DNA from: Takakia lepidozioides
Taxonomy: Eukaryota; Plantae; Bryophyta
Length of the DNA stretch: 64,000 nt
NCBI GenBank assembly: GCA_030704615.1
Contig: CM060731.1
Span: forward strand, 6,014,001 to 6,078,000
Direction of reading: 5' to 3'
Part shown: piece by piece, positions 27,135-38,850 of the stretch
Layout: each line of letters opens with the position of its first letter
How positions within the stretch are numbered: the first letter of the stretch is position 1
Made by a program: the position numbers and the translations under genes
Notes under the pieces: model-generated
The model's database searches: none
What the model was told of the DNA's origin: nothing
What the model saw: the letters and a program-made list of their open reading frames with translations, nothing else

Positions 27135-28694
27135 ATGAACAGCCTGAAGATGATGGTGGACAAGCTCTTTGTGTTTCAATGGCCGGGAAGCTCAGCCGAT
27201 TGGTGGTTGTGTCTGGGCTTCCTGGTGGCAGTCTACATTTACTACGAGCACCTTGGCTTCATGCGAAAGAAGGGGAACCTTTCTGGCCCTTCGATGGTGG
27301 TTCCATTCATTGGCAGCCTGGTAGGTATGTTGTCCGACCCAGCTAGCTTCTGGGAAATGCAAGGGAAATTGGCCAGAAATAGCACGGGTCTGTCATGGAA
27401 CGTGTTGCTAGGAAAATTTTGTCTGCTGGTCCGCGATTCGGAGATGTCTGTGAAAGTTCTTCTCAATGCACGCCCCGATGTGTTCCAATTTGTTGGGCAT
27501 CCACTTGGGAAGAAGATTTTTGGAGAGGCAAATCTCATTTTTCTGGCTCGTGAAGAACACAAGGACTTGCGCCGTCGCTTGGCCCCACTCTTCACACAGA
27601 AAGCTCTAGGAGTTTACGTGTGTATCCAGGAAAAAACCATGCGAGAGCACATTAAGAAATGGCTGGCTCTTGCAGCTGTGACCGACGAACCCCTCCACCT
27701 CAGGTTACTGTGTCGAGACATGAATTTGGAGACATCACAAAATGCTTTCGTGGGGCCTTATCTCACTCTTGAAGTCCGGGAGCAGTTCACCAAGGATTAC
27801 AATCTATTCAATGTGGGACTGTTGGGTGTTCCTATATATTTACCAGGATTTGCATTCTACAAAGCAACTCATGCGGTGAAGCGCTTGGCGAAGACACTAG
27901 GCAACTGTGCAGCCCAGAGTAAGGTTCGAATGGCTGGCGGGGAGGAGCCGCAATGCATTGTAGACTTCTGGATGTCCGAGATTTTGAAGGAGATTGAAGA
28001 GGCCAAGAAGACTGGAGCACCAATGCCACCCCACAGCTCTGACGACGAAATTGGCCAACACATGTTTGACTTTTTGTTTGCAGCACAGGATGCGTCGACG
28101 TCCTCGCTGGTGTGGGCTGCAACTTTAATTGAGTCCCATCCCGAGGTGCTCAAGACATTGCGCCAGGAGCTAACTCGACTTCGACCTGAGAACGATGCCC
28201 CCTTCACTCCGAAGCAGCTGCGAGAGCTAAAGTACGTTGAAGCGGTGGTGAAGGAGGTGCTGAGGTATCGGCCGCCTGCCACCATGGTTCCCCACGTAGC
28301 CAGTGTGGATTTCCAGATATCAAAAGAGTACATTGTTCCTAAAGGAACTCTTGTGTTCCCTTCGCTTTTGGAGTCATCATTCCAGGGTTTTCCTGACCCT
28401 TACAAATTCGATCCCAATCGGTTTTCTCCCGAGCGTCAAGAAGACGTAGTTTATAAACACAATTACTTGGTATTTGGCATAGGTCCCCACCGGTGCATCG
28501 GTCAGCGTTATGCTATCAACCAGTTGATGATTTTCACTGCCCTCTTTTCAAGTCTACTGGACTGGAGCCGTGTCCGCACCCCTGGTTGTGATGACCTCCT
28601 CTATACGCCCACCATAGCTCCCAAAGATGGCGGTCTCATGCGAATCTCAGCACGAGAGATTACTGTTGGGCCGTCTAATGAAAGTAATGCATAG
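27135..28694 (+). CDS. CYP710A: Cytochrome P450 CYP710, sterol C-22 desaturase, 519 aa, intronless
   Basis: CYP710/ERG5 signature FDFLFAAQDASTSS, ExxR (EVLR), heme motif FGIGPHRCIG, N-terminal membrane anchor. Confidence 0.96.
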   Translation: MNSLKMMVDKLFVFQWPGSSADWWLCLGFLVAVYIYYEHLGFMRKKGNLSGPSMVVPFIGSLVGMLSDPASFWEMQGKLARNSTGLSWNVLLGKFCLLVRDSEMSVKVLLNARPDVFQFVGHPLGKKIFGEANLIFLAREEHKDLRRRLAPLFTQKALGVYVCIQEKTMREHIKKWLALAAVTDEPLHLRLLCRDMNLETSQNAFVGPYLTLEVREQFTKDYNLFNVGLLGVPIYLPGFAFYKATHAVKRLAKTLGNCAAQSKVRMAGGEEPQCIVDFWMSEILKEIEEAKKTGAPMPPHSSDDEIGQHMFDFLFAAQDASTSSLVWAATLIESHPEVLKTLRQELTRLRPENDAPFTPKQLRELKYVEAVVKEVLRYRPPATMVPHVASVDFQISKEYIVPKGTLVFPSLLESSFQGFPDPYKFDPNRFSPERQEDVVYKHNYLVFGIGPHRCIGQRYAINQLMIFTALFSSLLDWSRVRTPGCDDLLYTPTIAPKDGGLMRISAREITVGPSNESNA

Positions 28695-28933
28695 AATAGA
28701 AATCCAAATTGAAATGCTTAAACTATGGTTTAAGCAAATCCAAAAATAATAGAAACATAGAAATGAAACTTGAAAGTATGATTCCATCAACTTGCATGAT
28801 TGATTTCTACCACAGATCTCAATGTGTGAGGTTTTTAAATTGCTAATATGTGTAAAATTGTAACATACATGCATTAACAATGATTTTGAGATGGAAATTT
28901 TATCATCAACAACCATGAAAATGATTGTTCTAT
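28674..28933 (+). repeat. Right direct repeat flanking the CYP710 cassette; contains the stop codon
   Basis: Matches 26117-26296. The CYP710 TAG at 28692-28694 lies inside it. Confidence 0.92.
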
Positions 28934-30744
28934 AACAAATTGTTCAATAACAAAGATCAATTCAACAAAGTTTTATATAATTTTTTGTTGAATGTACAGA
29001 CATACAAATTATGACACATCAAGTATCATAATCATAACAATTGAACAAGATAATCCTCAATGGATTAATGTAATACAATCGCACATTGCATTCATCATAT
29101 GATGAACACAACTTCTGATATAAAACAAATAACATTCAATAAGCAAACATAAGGAAAGTAAAGTAATGTTTAACTTCCGGATTTTGTTAATTAGAAGACA
29201 AATAGAAATTGTCTTCTCAATCCTTGATGGACGGCATGGTCACCAAATGGTGAAACACGTTTTTTGTGAGATAAAATGATTGGCCACTTCTCATGTCATG
29301 TAATTGGTAACTTGCCTTTGAGAATTATTGGGCTTTATGGATTGAACTGATTCTTACTTAGCCATATTCTTTAAGTGTAATCATTCTATGTGCAACAACA
29401 AACGCTTCATCATAGTATAGACTCTTGTAAAATAAATAATACGCAGAATCTCGTAACATGGTGGCATATATCAAACAAATGCTAATATATTTCAAGTATG
29501 AATAGTCTAAACATGATCAACTTCTATCACAATCCCCTACCCCTCGCATATAATCCTATGATATATGTCATTCCACACCCTAACTCTAGGAAGTCTAATC
29601 GGAAAACTCTTATTACATCAAGAGTTAGACATGGAATTTATAAGTTAGGGAGATTAGGTTGAATGTGGGTATATACTGATATGAATAAATGTCACATAAG
29701 AGTCATTGCAGCAATGCTAAGAGTAACTCTATATATCACTCTAATGCTACAAATGGCTATGGCAAAACTTGCATAATAGTTCAATCACTAAGAGCTAGAG
29801 ACTCGAGAGAAATACACAAGCTAGAGTACAATCTAATGGTTAATGAATAGATAGTTGAAGCGGCATCAAACATTGCCTCTATGGAGAGAGGTGAATCTCA
29901 ACCATACTCCAAGTCCATCCTTCAAGTCCTTAGACGTAGTCTTCATCCAAGGTACTTGAAAAGGGCAGTTATAAATAGAAAAATGATATAAGAAAAAAGT
30001 TAAATTTAGGGTAATTTGGAGTAATAGAGGTACTATAAAATAGTAGTTCCTATTCAGCCTATTCAGGAGGGATCTTCAAACTAACGACTCCTGTTCTCAA
30101 CCAGATTATTCAGCCCTTCCACAAGTAAGCTTGAGAAATGCAAACTCTCATCATCATCCGGGCGTTACCTGGGATCGTCATTGCAGCTTGCGGATCTATT
30201 TGACAATGAGGTTGAGGCACATTCCGGTCCTTCTTTTCCAAAGTATCAGTTTCCATATGTTCCTCCTAATGTTCAAATCCTATCACAACTACAACTACGT
30301 TTGTCTTCACATCACCGTATCATGAAGAGTCAGATGCTTTGTCCCACTCTGGATTTCAATGCACAACACTCTGCCTTTACCTGAAATACACTCCAGCTTC
30401 CCTTCCTCCGTAGTCAATATCCCTTCTCATTTTGTAAAGTCCAGAAGCCATTCTTTCATGCAAAAACCCCTCATACTCAAACCTGTCTTCTGTTGAGATA
30501 TGGACTGAGGGAATATTCAGCATGGTGGATGTTATAAAGACATTGTTCTCTAGAAAGACCAAGGGGATATAGTCGCATCTTGACTCTGCCTCTATCAAAC
30601 ATGTTAAGGTCAAATACCTACCACAAAGGCACAAAGTTATATGGGGACAACTTATTCAAGGTTCCATCCGCAAAAACTTTCTTGGATAAGCATTCCAACT
30701 CACAAGATGGGTTTGACAGCAAATCAGATGGACACATGTGGATC

Positions 30745-31040
30745 AAGCAAAATGCATATCGTCACCAAGGTTCCGAGTATTTTGACATAGCCCTCACTAG
30801 TTGTTAACATGTTTTTCACCCTTTCTGTTTAGGTAGAAGTCTTAGCAGAGAGAATAAGTGTTCCGTGTGTGAAGAGAGACTCCACCCAAATTGGTGGAGC
30901 TCATGGGGTTTGTCCAATGGGCCACAACATGGGCTGGAGGAGTTGGCAAAGGAACTCAATGTCGATGAACAACGGAGGTCCCTCATCAAGTCTATATATA
31001 CTCAATCCCAAAGAGGATTGGATGCTGAAGCAAGTAAGTA
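30745..31040 (+). pseudogene. Degenerate RING-H2 finger gene fragment
   Basis: LTSC*HVFHPFCLGRSLSRENKCSVCEERLHPNWW gives C-x-H-x2-H-x2-C...C-x2-C with an in-frame stop and a frameshifted N-terminal half. Confidence 0.6.
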
Positions 31041-32879
31041 CTCTTTTAATGTGTGCAAAACTAATTTAGTTGTGCTGTAAGTATTATTTTAAGTTACTCT
31101 ATAAGTACTTTGGTTTCACATGTGCTGTTTATGTTCATTTTAAGTAGGTTCGCAATCTGACTTGTTGTTGGGTTTGTACACGCTAAGTAGAAGGGAAGTA
31201 ACAAAGGGGTGCGACAGATTATATTCTGGTTTATAAATGTGAAGTAAAACTTTTCTTTTAGTTGAAATAGTCTATCATGGATCATGCTTATATGATAAAT
31301 AGAATTGGCAATAATTGTTCCATAATCTCCCATTATTGGAGCCATATAACTCTAAAATTATATTGATAGTGCAAGAATGGCAATACACATTTTTAAATGA
31401 TTTCTTTCTAATTAGCCCAATTTTTAGAAATCTAAATGCATTTTTTGAACTGTGCAATGTTTTCCTAAAAATATGGGTTGTTGCACACCATTCAATCACC
31501 TAACAAACCTTAGATAGAGTAGTGTCAAGGATTTCGATCCCTATCAAGTTGATTATTAATATCATTCAAAGTATTCTAGAGAATTCTATAGTTTTTTTGT
31601 TTTTTTGTTTTTTGTTTTTTTTGTTTTTGGCCCTCTCTTATTGTTATGGCTTGGAATTACAAAAGTGTTAATGTCATGGGAGTACTTATATATATATAGA
31701 TGGCTATCATTGGACAAAAATTTGAAAGAATGAACATGTGTTGGATGAAATAGGTTTAATACCGTTTAATATTTGCTTCATTGCGGGAGTACAAGTGGTT
31801 TAATATAGGATTTGAACTAGACTTTAACATCTAGAATAGGGTCATCACAAAAGTGAAATTTACATCTTCTTTTAATCGTTGGTCGACCTTCATTACTCAA
31901 TAATCTACTTCTAATTTCTTCTTGGGTTTCTTGCTCCAATCAATGAAGGTCTTCTGATATAAAGGGTAGTCCTCACACCTATATGTACACACTACTATCT
32001 GTTTATTCAATACTAAACCAAGATATTAATAGAAAAATCTAGAGAACACTACATTTAAATTTGTCAAGAATGCATCACGACGTTGTAATGTGACAACATT
32101 TACCGTAGCCTCTTATGTTGTCCAACATTAAGTAATTCAAATAAATCTGCCAAATGCTCAATTTGCGAGAGACTCACTGTAAAACAAGCTGCCCAAACCT
32201 GTAACCATGGCATTTTTTTGGGGTTTTTGATGTTCATTTAATGAAACATGTGCATATTGGATGCAACTAAGCATCACATCTAAGAAAATAGTAAATTATC
32301 TCAAATAATATAATAAGTAAATAAACACATGTTAAGCTTTGTAACCAATGTTTTTCCGTCTTGAATTTGCCTATTAGTGCATTTTGCAAGTTATTTGTTT
32401 GAAACAACTATGTTTAGGCTTGAAACAAGACGTAAATATAAACAAGACTAGTTGAACTCAAGTATATAATAAAATGTTCTTTGGTGTTACAAGTGCTAAA
32501 GAACCCAAAATATAAAGCACACTAAATTAGTCATAAATAGGTCTATTGTATTGGTAATAAAGATCAAAATTATTATATTTAATCTTAATTTAATGAATTT
32601 AGTATTTTATTAGATAGAAATTGTAAAAATTGACCCCTTAGTGCCTGAAGTGATGTCCAATCAGCGTTGGCCACGTATAAGTCAACTCTGCGTGGCCTCC
32701 CTCCATGCAAGAGCATTTCTGACCCACTGGGTTTTGGAAATTTGTGGACGTGGCAGAGATTCTCCAAATGGCATGCTGCCAATTGGAGATGATCTGCCAT
32801 GTCGTCATGTCATTTATTGTTGAAGAAACGACCTAAAAATATTAAGATCTGCAAAAGTTACGTTAATCAAGCAGTGAGA

Positions 32880-34190
32880 GAAAAGATGCATATCAAGCAG
32901 GGTTGTTGACGAGTTTCATCGATAAAATTGGAGTTGATAAAATTGTCCAAGTGTGCACGGACAATGCATCTAACATGGTTAATATGGCTGATATTTTGAT
33001 GGTACGATATCCCTATCTATATTACCAAGGGTGTGCTGCTCATATTTTTGATCTCCTTTTGGAGGATTGGGGAAAAGAATCATGGATGAAACAACTAGTA
33101 AAAATGGCAAAGTCGGTTGTGACGTTCATTCCAGTGTTGGGCGGTTACCCGCCGGGACCTAGATTAACCGCCGGTTCAGGTTCAGGTTAACCGGAACCGG
33201 GCCCATTCCTACAGAACCTGACCCGGAACCGGAACCGGAACTTGCCAATGGGGATCGGCGAAGAACCGAACCGGCGGTTCTTGCTGGGTGTGAGAACCGG
33301 AGAACCGGGGCGCAGGGGATAAAAACAAGTTCCGGTTCTTGACCCCTTTGTGGGGCTGGTGGGCCCAGGGCAAAACTTATTTAATGCTCTCAAGCTCTTG
33401 AGATCCTGGTTCAATGCTTGAAGGCCATGACATCCTATGTTCAATGCTTCAGCGCCATGAGATCTTGGGTTCAATCTCCAGCTCCATGATATCCTGGCTA
33501 AGTTCATTAATAAAATGTTTGAAGATGCCAATACTTGCCAGGTAGCTGAATAGTACTTTTAACCCATAAAATTTTACCCATTTTCTTCTACCAGTTTATT
33601 TAGAGTATTTTTGTTTGTTTTTTTGTGTTAGTGAAAACTAACAAAATCGTTGGATTTTAGTTCAAATATGTGAATACACTGCTATTTAATCTACCGGACT
33701 GATAAAATATTTTAAATCTAATTAAATTAAACAAATATATTTTAAAAATAGAACCGGAACCTAACTGGAACCGATGGTTTTTATCAGCAAATAACCGGTA
33801 ACCGGAACCGCCCCCATGTTTAAAAGTTGGATCTGGAACCGGACTGGAACCGACTCAATAAAAAAAAACTGGAACCGGATCTGGAACCGTCTCTTGAAAT
33901 AATTGTGGAACCGGAACCGAAGGTTCTTTCACAAATACAAGAACCGCCCAACACTGGTTCATTCGTACACATCACATCCCGCTGGCATTGTTTAGAAATC
34001 ATGAACCCAAATACAGCCTTAGGAACCCGGGTGAAACCCGCTTTGCCACAAACTTTTTGATGGTGGATCGACTGGTGACTGTGAGGGTGGGTCTAGAGCA
34101 GGTGACCATTGACCCTCAATGGGATGCGTATGTGGGGCACCTTACGCGACACCCGAAACGGTTCCATAAGAAGGTAAGGGTTAAGAGATG
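32880..34190 (+). mobile_element. hAT transposase (DUF659-type) fragment split by a MITE
   Basis: VQVCTDNASNM...QGCAAHIFDLLLED...VVTFI resumes after the MITE as RTHHIPLALFR...PGETRFATNFLMVDRL. Confidence 0.9.
33132..33956. mobile_element. hAT-superfamily MITE, 825 bp
   Basis: TIR CAGTGTTGGGCGGTT / AACCGCCCAACACTG. Perfect 8-bp TSD GTTCATTC at 33124-33131 and 33957-33964. GGAACC subterminal repeats. Confidence 0.95.
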
Positions 34191-36704
34191 ATGAATGTTT
34201 TAAAATTTTGCCTTGGGAAGTACATAGATGAAATAGGGGAATAATTTTCATTTTAAAAAGTGAACTTTGGGGAAAAAAAAAAAAAATTGCAATTGTCGAA
34301 TGCAAAAACATTACAGTAGTGAATGCTAGTACTAACTACTTACTAACTATTAACTACTTACTACTGAGATTTAATGAAAAGTGCCGAATTCCAGAAAAAT
34401 CGGATGAAGCTTAGATGAAAAAATGAATATGTCATTAAGCATGCCGAACCTGGTGACCTGCATGTAGTTAATGATTCCGGCACGGTCCGTCGAAATAGAG
34501 TGGCCTCTACGGTAGATGAAAATTAGCTAGATAATTTGTATGTAATCAAATAACTGTCTTATTTACAATTTCTAAGCACTCCTACACATTTGGCTTGTTT
34601 TAGTGTGAATGCACCCACGTGTCATTCTCTTATTGATTGAGACATGCAAAAAAATCCAAAGTGGCATTTAAAAATATATATATATGACAAGGATGTGTCA
34701 AAGTACACAACTCTCTATGCTGTACTTGATTCTTTGTCGATATTAATTTGATTGTATATGTCTAGAATTCTTTTGGTGGTGACCTTTCAATCAAGAATGG
34801 CCTTATGTTTGGTTATTTTTCCAAGACACCTCTTTTAATATGGTTTAAAGGGCCTCAGTCCATGTACACAGAGGTTTTGTATTTCATCAGTAAATTCTAA
34901 AGTGGCATAGTATAACCATCCTTTTGGATCTTGCACTATACATGGACAAATGATATTTGCCATCTTATGGCAAGCTACACACAAAAGGATCTCCCAATAC
35001 ACACTTGCAAAATCTTATAATCAATTTTCAAGATGCATGAATCCTTACACTTATGCAAATAAACCAAGGAAACAATGTAGTGAGTCTATTTCATATACTT
35101 CGATCCCTTTTAAAGCATTCATGAAGTTGAGCATCACTCCTATAAAAGCATGTCCCCTCTGGTGATCCCAAATCACTTTCTGCATTAAGTTTCAATTAGC
35201 ATGTTGCACGGTGTCAATTAAATTTAAGGTTGGTGAATTTTTAGTGACTTCCATAGATTTTGTGTTTTATAGTGATTTTGGTGGTTTGGCTAATAATGTC
35301 TTTTACTCTTTTTGTTCACATTATTTATTGTTCAAATCTTTTATCAAAACTGAAATCAAGTTCTGTATAAATTCTGGATTATTTTCCGACGTCAAATGTA
35401 CTCTTCACGGGTTTTTAAGTGAAAGTAACCGGAAATACAACTGCCTAGCCTAGATAAACTAATTATTAGGAACAGTAAACGGCGAGATGGTGAGGGAAAA
35501 CCCAATCGTGCGTAATTCCATAAACAAAATCTGGAAAATTTCGGCAATGCAACCTTCGCGGCTTTGTGCCCGCGCTTTTCAGTTCAAATTTCACTGGCTT
35601 CACGGCCTTCACCTACCTAATAATAAGTTATTGCAATCACCGGGTGATTGACCGCGTATGATTTTTATTCATAGCCGCGTCAGATGACCAGTGACTCTGT
35701 CTCTCCCACTTTGTTTCATCTGAAGCAGATTGTTTGAGTGTGTTTCGTCCGCCAGGTACTGCAATTGTATTACTTCGATCATGTTGCTCGTGAGGACATT
35801 CTTTGATAGCTTTTTGGTTGTGTAGAATAAGTAGTTTGCGCATCACAATTCAACTGTAACTAGGCTCGTTTCACATAATCACAAACAAGTACTCCAAACA
35901 AGGGATGCAGATCAAAGGATCACACTATAGTCAGTACTACAACAGAGATCTGTTGTCTTCGGATCTCGTGTTTCGTTTCTATCACCAGGATGTCATAAGA
36001 CAGTCCAAAAACACTTGAAAATACCTCAGAATTTATGAGTATAATAGCTTTCAAATTTCTTCACCGATATCTTTGAAAACGTCAAGAAATCTCCCAACTT
36101 GCAATGATGTAGTCAACCCTTGATAAATGTTAGGCTTGGGAGGCACATGAATGGTAACATATATGGTGATTTAACAGGTTAACAAATAGAAAGTGCAATT
36201 TTCAACCAAGTAACATTTATATATTGTGACCAAATATTTTCAAATTTTTTGAAAAAGAAAGAAATCATACCACAATGCAAGAATCATCTGTGGATTGTAG
36301 CGTTTTTTTTATGCGCAAAATTAATTAATTGCAACCGGCCAAGGCAGCTAAAGCACAACAACTCTAGTTCCTAGAGGAATATTAAATGGCACAAGAGTAA
36401 CGCCAAAAGAGCCAGATTTTGCAATGCACAACTTAAAACTTTAGCCATTTGTAAGAGTACCCTAATCAACCAGCTAGGGTTAACAAGCAAACGCCTTGAT
36501 ACAGAGCAAAATAATTGAGACATGATCCTTACCGGCTTTCTCCTCCTCTAGCCGTTGCTGCCTTTTATCAATAATAATAGTAATAGCTATATGGCTGTTT
36601 TCTTAAAACTTTTGATGGTGCAAAAATGATTGTTGGAAGGAAGTGGAATACAAAATCATCCATTGGTCCAGAAAAGCGAAAGTGGCATGCTGTATTCACA
36701 AAGA

Positions 36705-37537
36705 TTAAATACAAATTTGTACAAGTAGCTTTGTACAGAATTTAAAATACGTGAAATGGAACTGTATATGGAACGTGAACATGGATATATTGCACATATT
36801 GCTATGAACAAACTGAAAGTCGGGTTCATCTTTATCTTTCAAACAGTACCCAACCATTCCAGTATACGTATGCAAGCTTGTGTGTTTCAAGAGTTTACAA
36901 TGGACATAATTGCCAGGTGGAGCAATTTTTGGATCATCCCATCCCAATTCAGTTTCGATAAATTTAGTGAGTGTCACCAGACTTTTCACAAACAACTTGC
37001 ATACCATTTGCAAATGAAAATGTAGAAGACTCCCACCTCTTTCCAAAGACAAATATCGACCTCACAATATCGACGCAGGAAGGTACCCATTTTTGTCAGA
37101 TAGGTACGATCGATATATGTTCCTCCCACGCCAATAGTAACACTACCTTGAATGAAATTCTTACCTTCTCTAAATCGATCCCTTGCCTTCCTCCTAGCAT
37201 TTGCCTTCATGCCCATCCTGAACCTCTCCTCTTCTACTCTCCTCTTCTACTGCGGGCTTCCAACATGGGCTTCAAACGGCAAGCAGAGACCTTCAAGTGG
37301 CAGTGGAATTTTTTGGAAGCATGCATGGTTGTCGCAACGTGGACAGTTGTCAAAAATCTATCGCAAAACTACAACTGTCATCGTAACCCTGCCCCGCCAC
37401 CCCATTGGTCGTTCCCATTTATAAAGTACCTTACGGCTCGAGTCGGGCCTGCGTGCGCTACGCACGGTAGCTGCCCCACGTGGCGCAGGTAGGAACATAA
37501 TACCCCCCTAGCAGCGCCCCGGCGGGGCGCTACCTAG
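36705..37537 (-). mobile_element. Replitron-type HUH-endonuclease transposon with a frameshifted Rep
   Basis: ORFs 36986-37216 and 36705-37052 join across one frameshift: GSVTIG...SLERGGSLLHFHLQMV (HUH)...LHTYTGMVGYCLKD (catalytic Tyr). No helicase domain is visible. GC hairpin at 37513-37531. Confidence 0.8.
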
Positions 37538-38790
37538 TTCATATCGTGATTCAACAGTCACGATCCAGTTTAAAAGCATGGTACCATCCTCGATCAGAAT
37601 GAGGTGTCCATACCAGTAAATTAGCAAAATGTTCTTATAGTGATCATCCTACTCCTCACAAGTAAAATACAACGGACTAGCTCTACACAACGCTGAACAA
37701 CTACCATCACTAAATTCACCATGTGAGTACATCACATATATATACAAAAATGAAACAGTTTGTTTGATATACATCAAAGGAATTGAATTGATGTCGTTAT
37801 GAAATATGCCCTTGTGGTGAGGGCGTGCAGAGCGGGAGCGCGGGCCCCCAAAGTTTGTTATCCTCATGTAAGCATAGCGTGAGGAGAAAAGCGTGACCAA
37901 GATAACAAATGATACCATATAAAAACTATAACTCAACCAGGGTTTCTCAAGGCGTAACCCTGTGGAGGATAGCGAAAAACCCTATATTTATAGTGTTGGT
38001 GGTGGCAGGCCACAAACCCTAGTAGCGGAGGATTTCGCTTTGAGAAACCCAAAGTTTGTTATCTTATAAATATAGCGTGAGGAGAAAATGCGTGAGCAGG
38101 AAAACAATTTCGACAATATAGACACTTATTCTATTTCGTTCGCGAAAATACAAGAGGTCTTGCACTATCTCGCGATACATATAAAAGGATATATATATAT
38201 ATATAATATAAATATAAATATAGTTCTAAAAAGGGAAACACCTGGGAGCGACTGCTCACAAATCAGTGACATTACCATGTCGGGCCACTAGAGTGTACGG
38301 GTTTCATTGAGATAATTCCAAGTGATATATGAATATACAAAATCAACAGGGAACGTCGTGATTTTTCCTAATATATGTCATTGCCGAATCAAAGCACTTT
38401 GTATTTAATTGCCCTTTCTATATTTCCTCAGCACTATGCTCACGTGTATTTTAAATAGAAGATTTAGAACCATGGCGACATGGGTAAAGGGAAACGAGGC
38501 TGAAAAATCATCACTTTTCGCCAATAGCTGATCTGATGGGCCCACCATTTGCTAGAGGGGCCGCCACAGGGAGGCACATGGCGCCATATTGAGTGAAGAC
38601 AATTTACAACAGAGGAGCCAGATCCCACCGACCACGTGCAGGACATCGCCGCATTCCGAGTGCGCGGGAGGACGTGGAGAGCCAGCTATGTTGCCCATTT
38701 TTGTACATATATATATATATATATATATGGGTAAGTATAGTATAGTCTGTATAGATAGACTTTGTAGTGGTAAATCTATACTATAAGTAT

Positions 38791-38850
38791 GGGTAGCTTA
38801 GTGGTAGAGATCTCCTAACCTAGCAAATCAACTTGGTGTTCAAATCCTAA
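38791..38850 (+). other. tRNA-derived Pol III head (A and B boxes), SINE-like relic
   Basis: TAGCTTAGTGG at 38794-38804 and GTTCAAATCC at 38838-38847; no cloverleaf. Confidence 0.45.

Noticed and set aside
27135-28694. CYP710 as a retrogene or a fungal ERG5 horizontal transfer
   Set aside because: Plant CYP710 genes are normally intronless, no poly(A) remnant is seen, and the motifs fit the plant family.
38791-38850. Functional tRNA gene
   Set aside because: A and B boxes only; no acceptor or anticodon stems could be formed.
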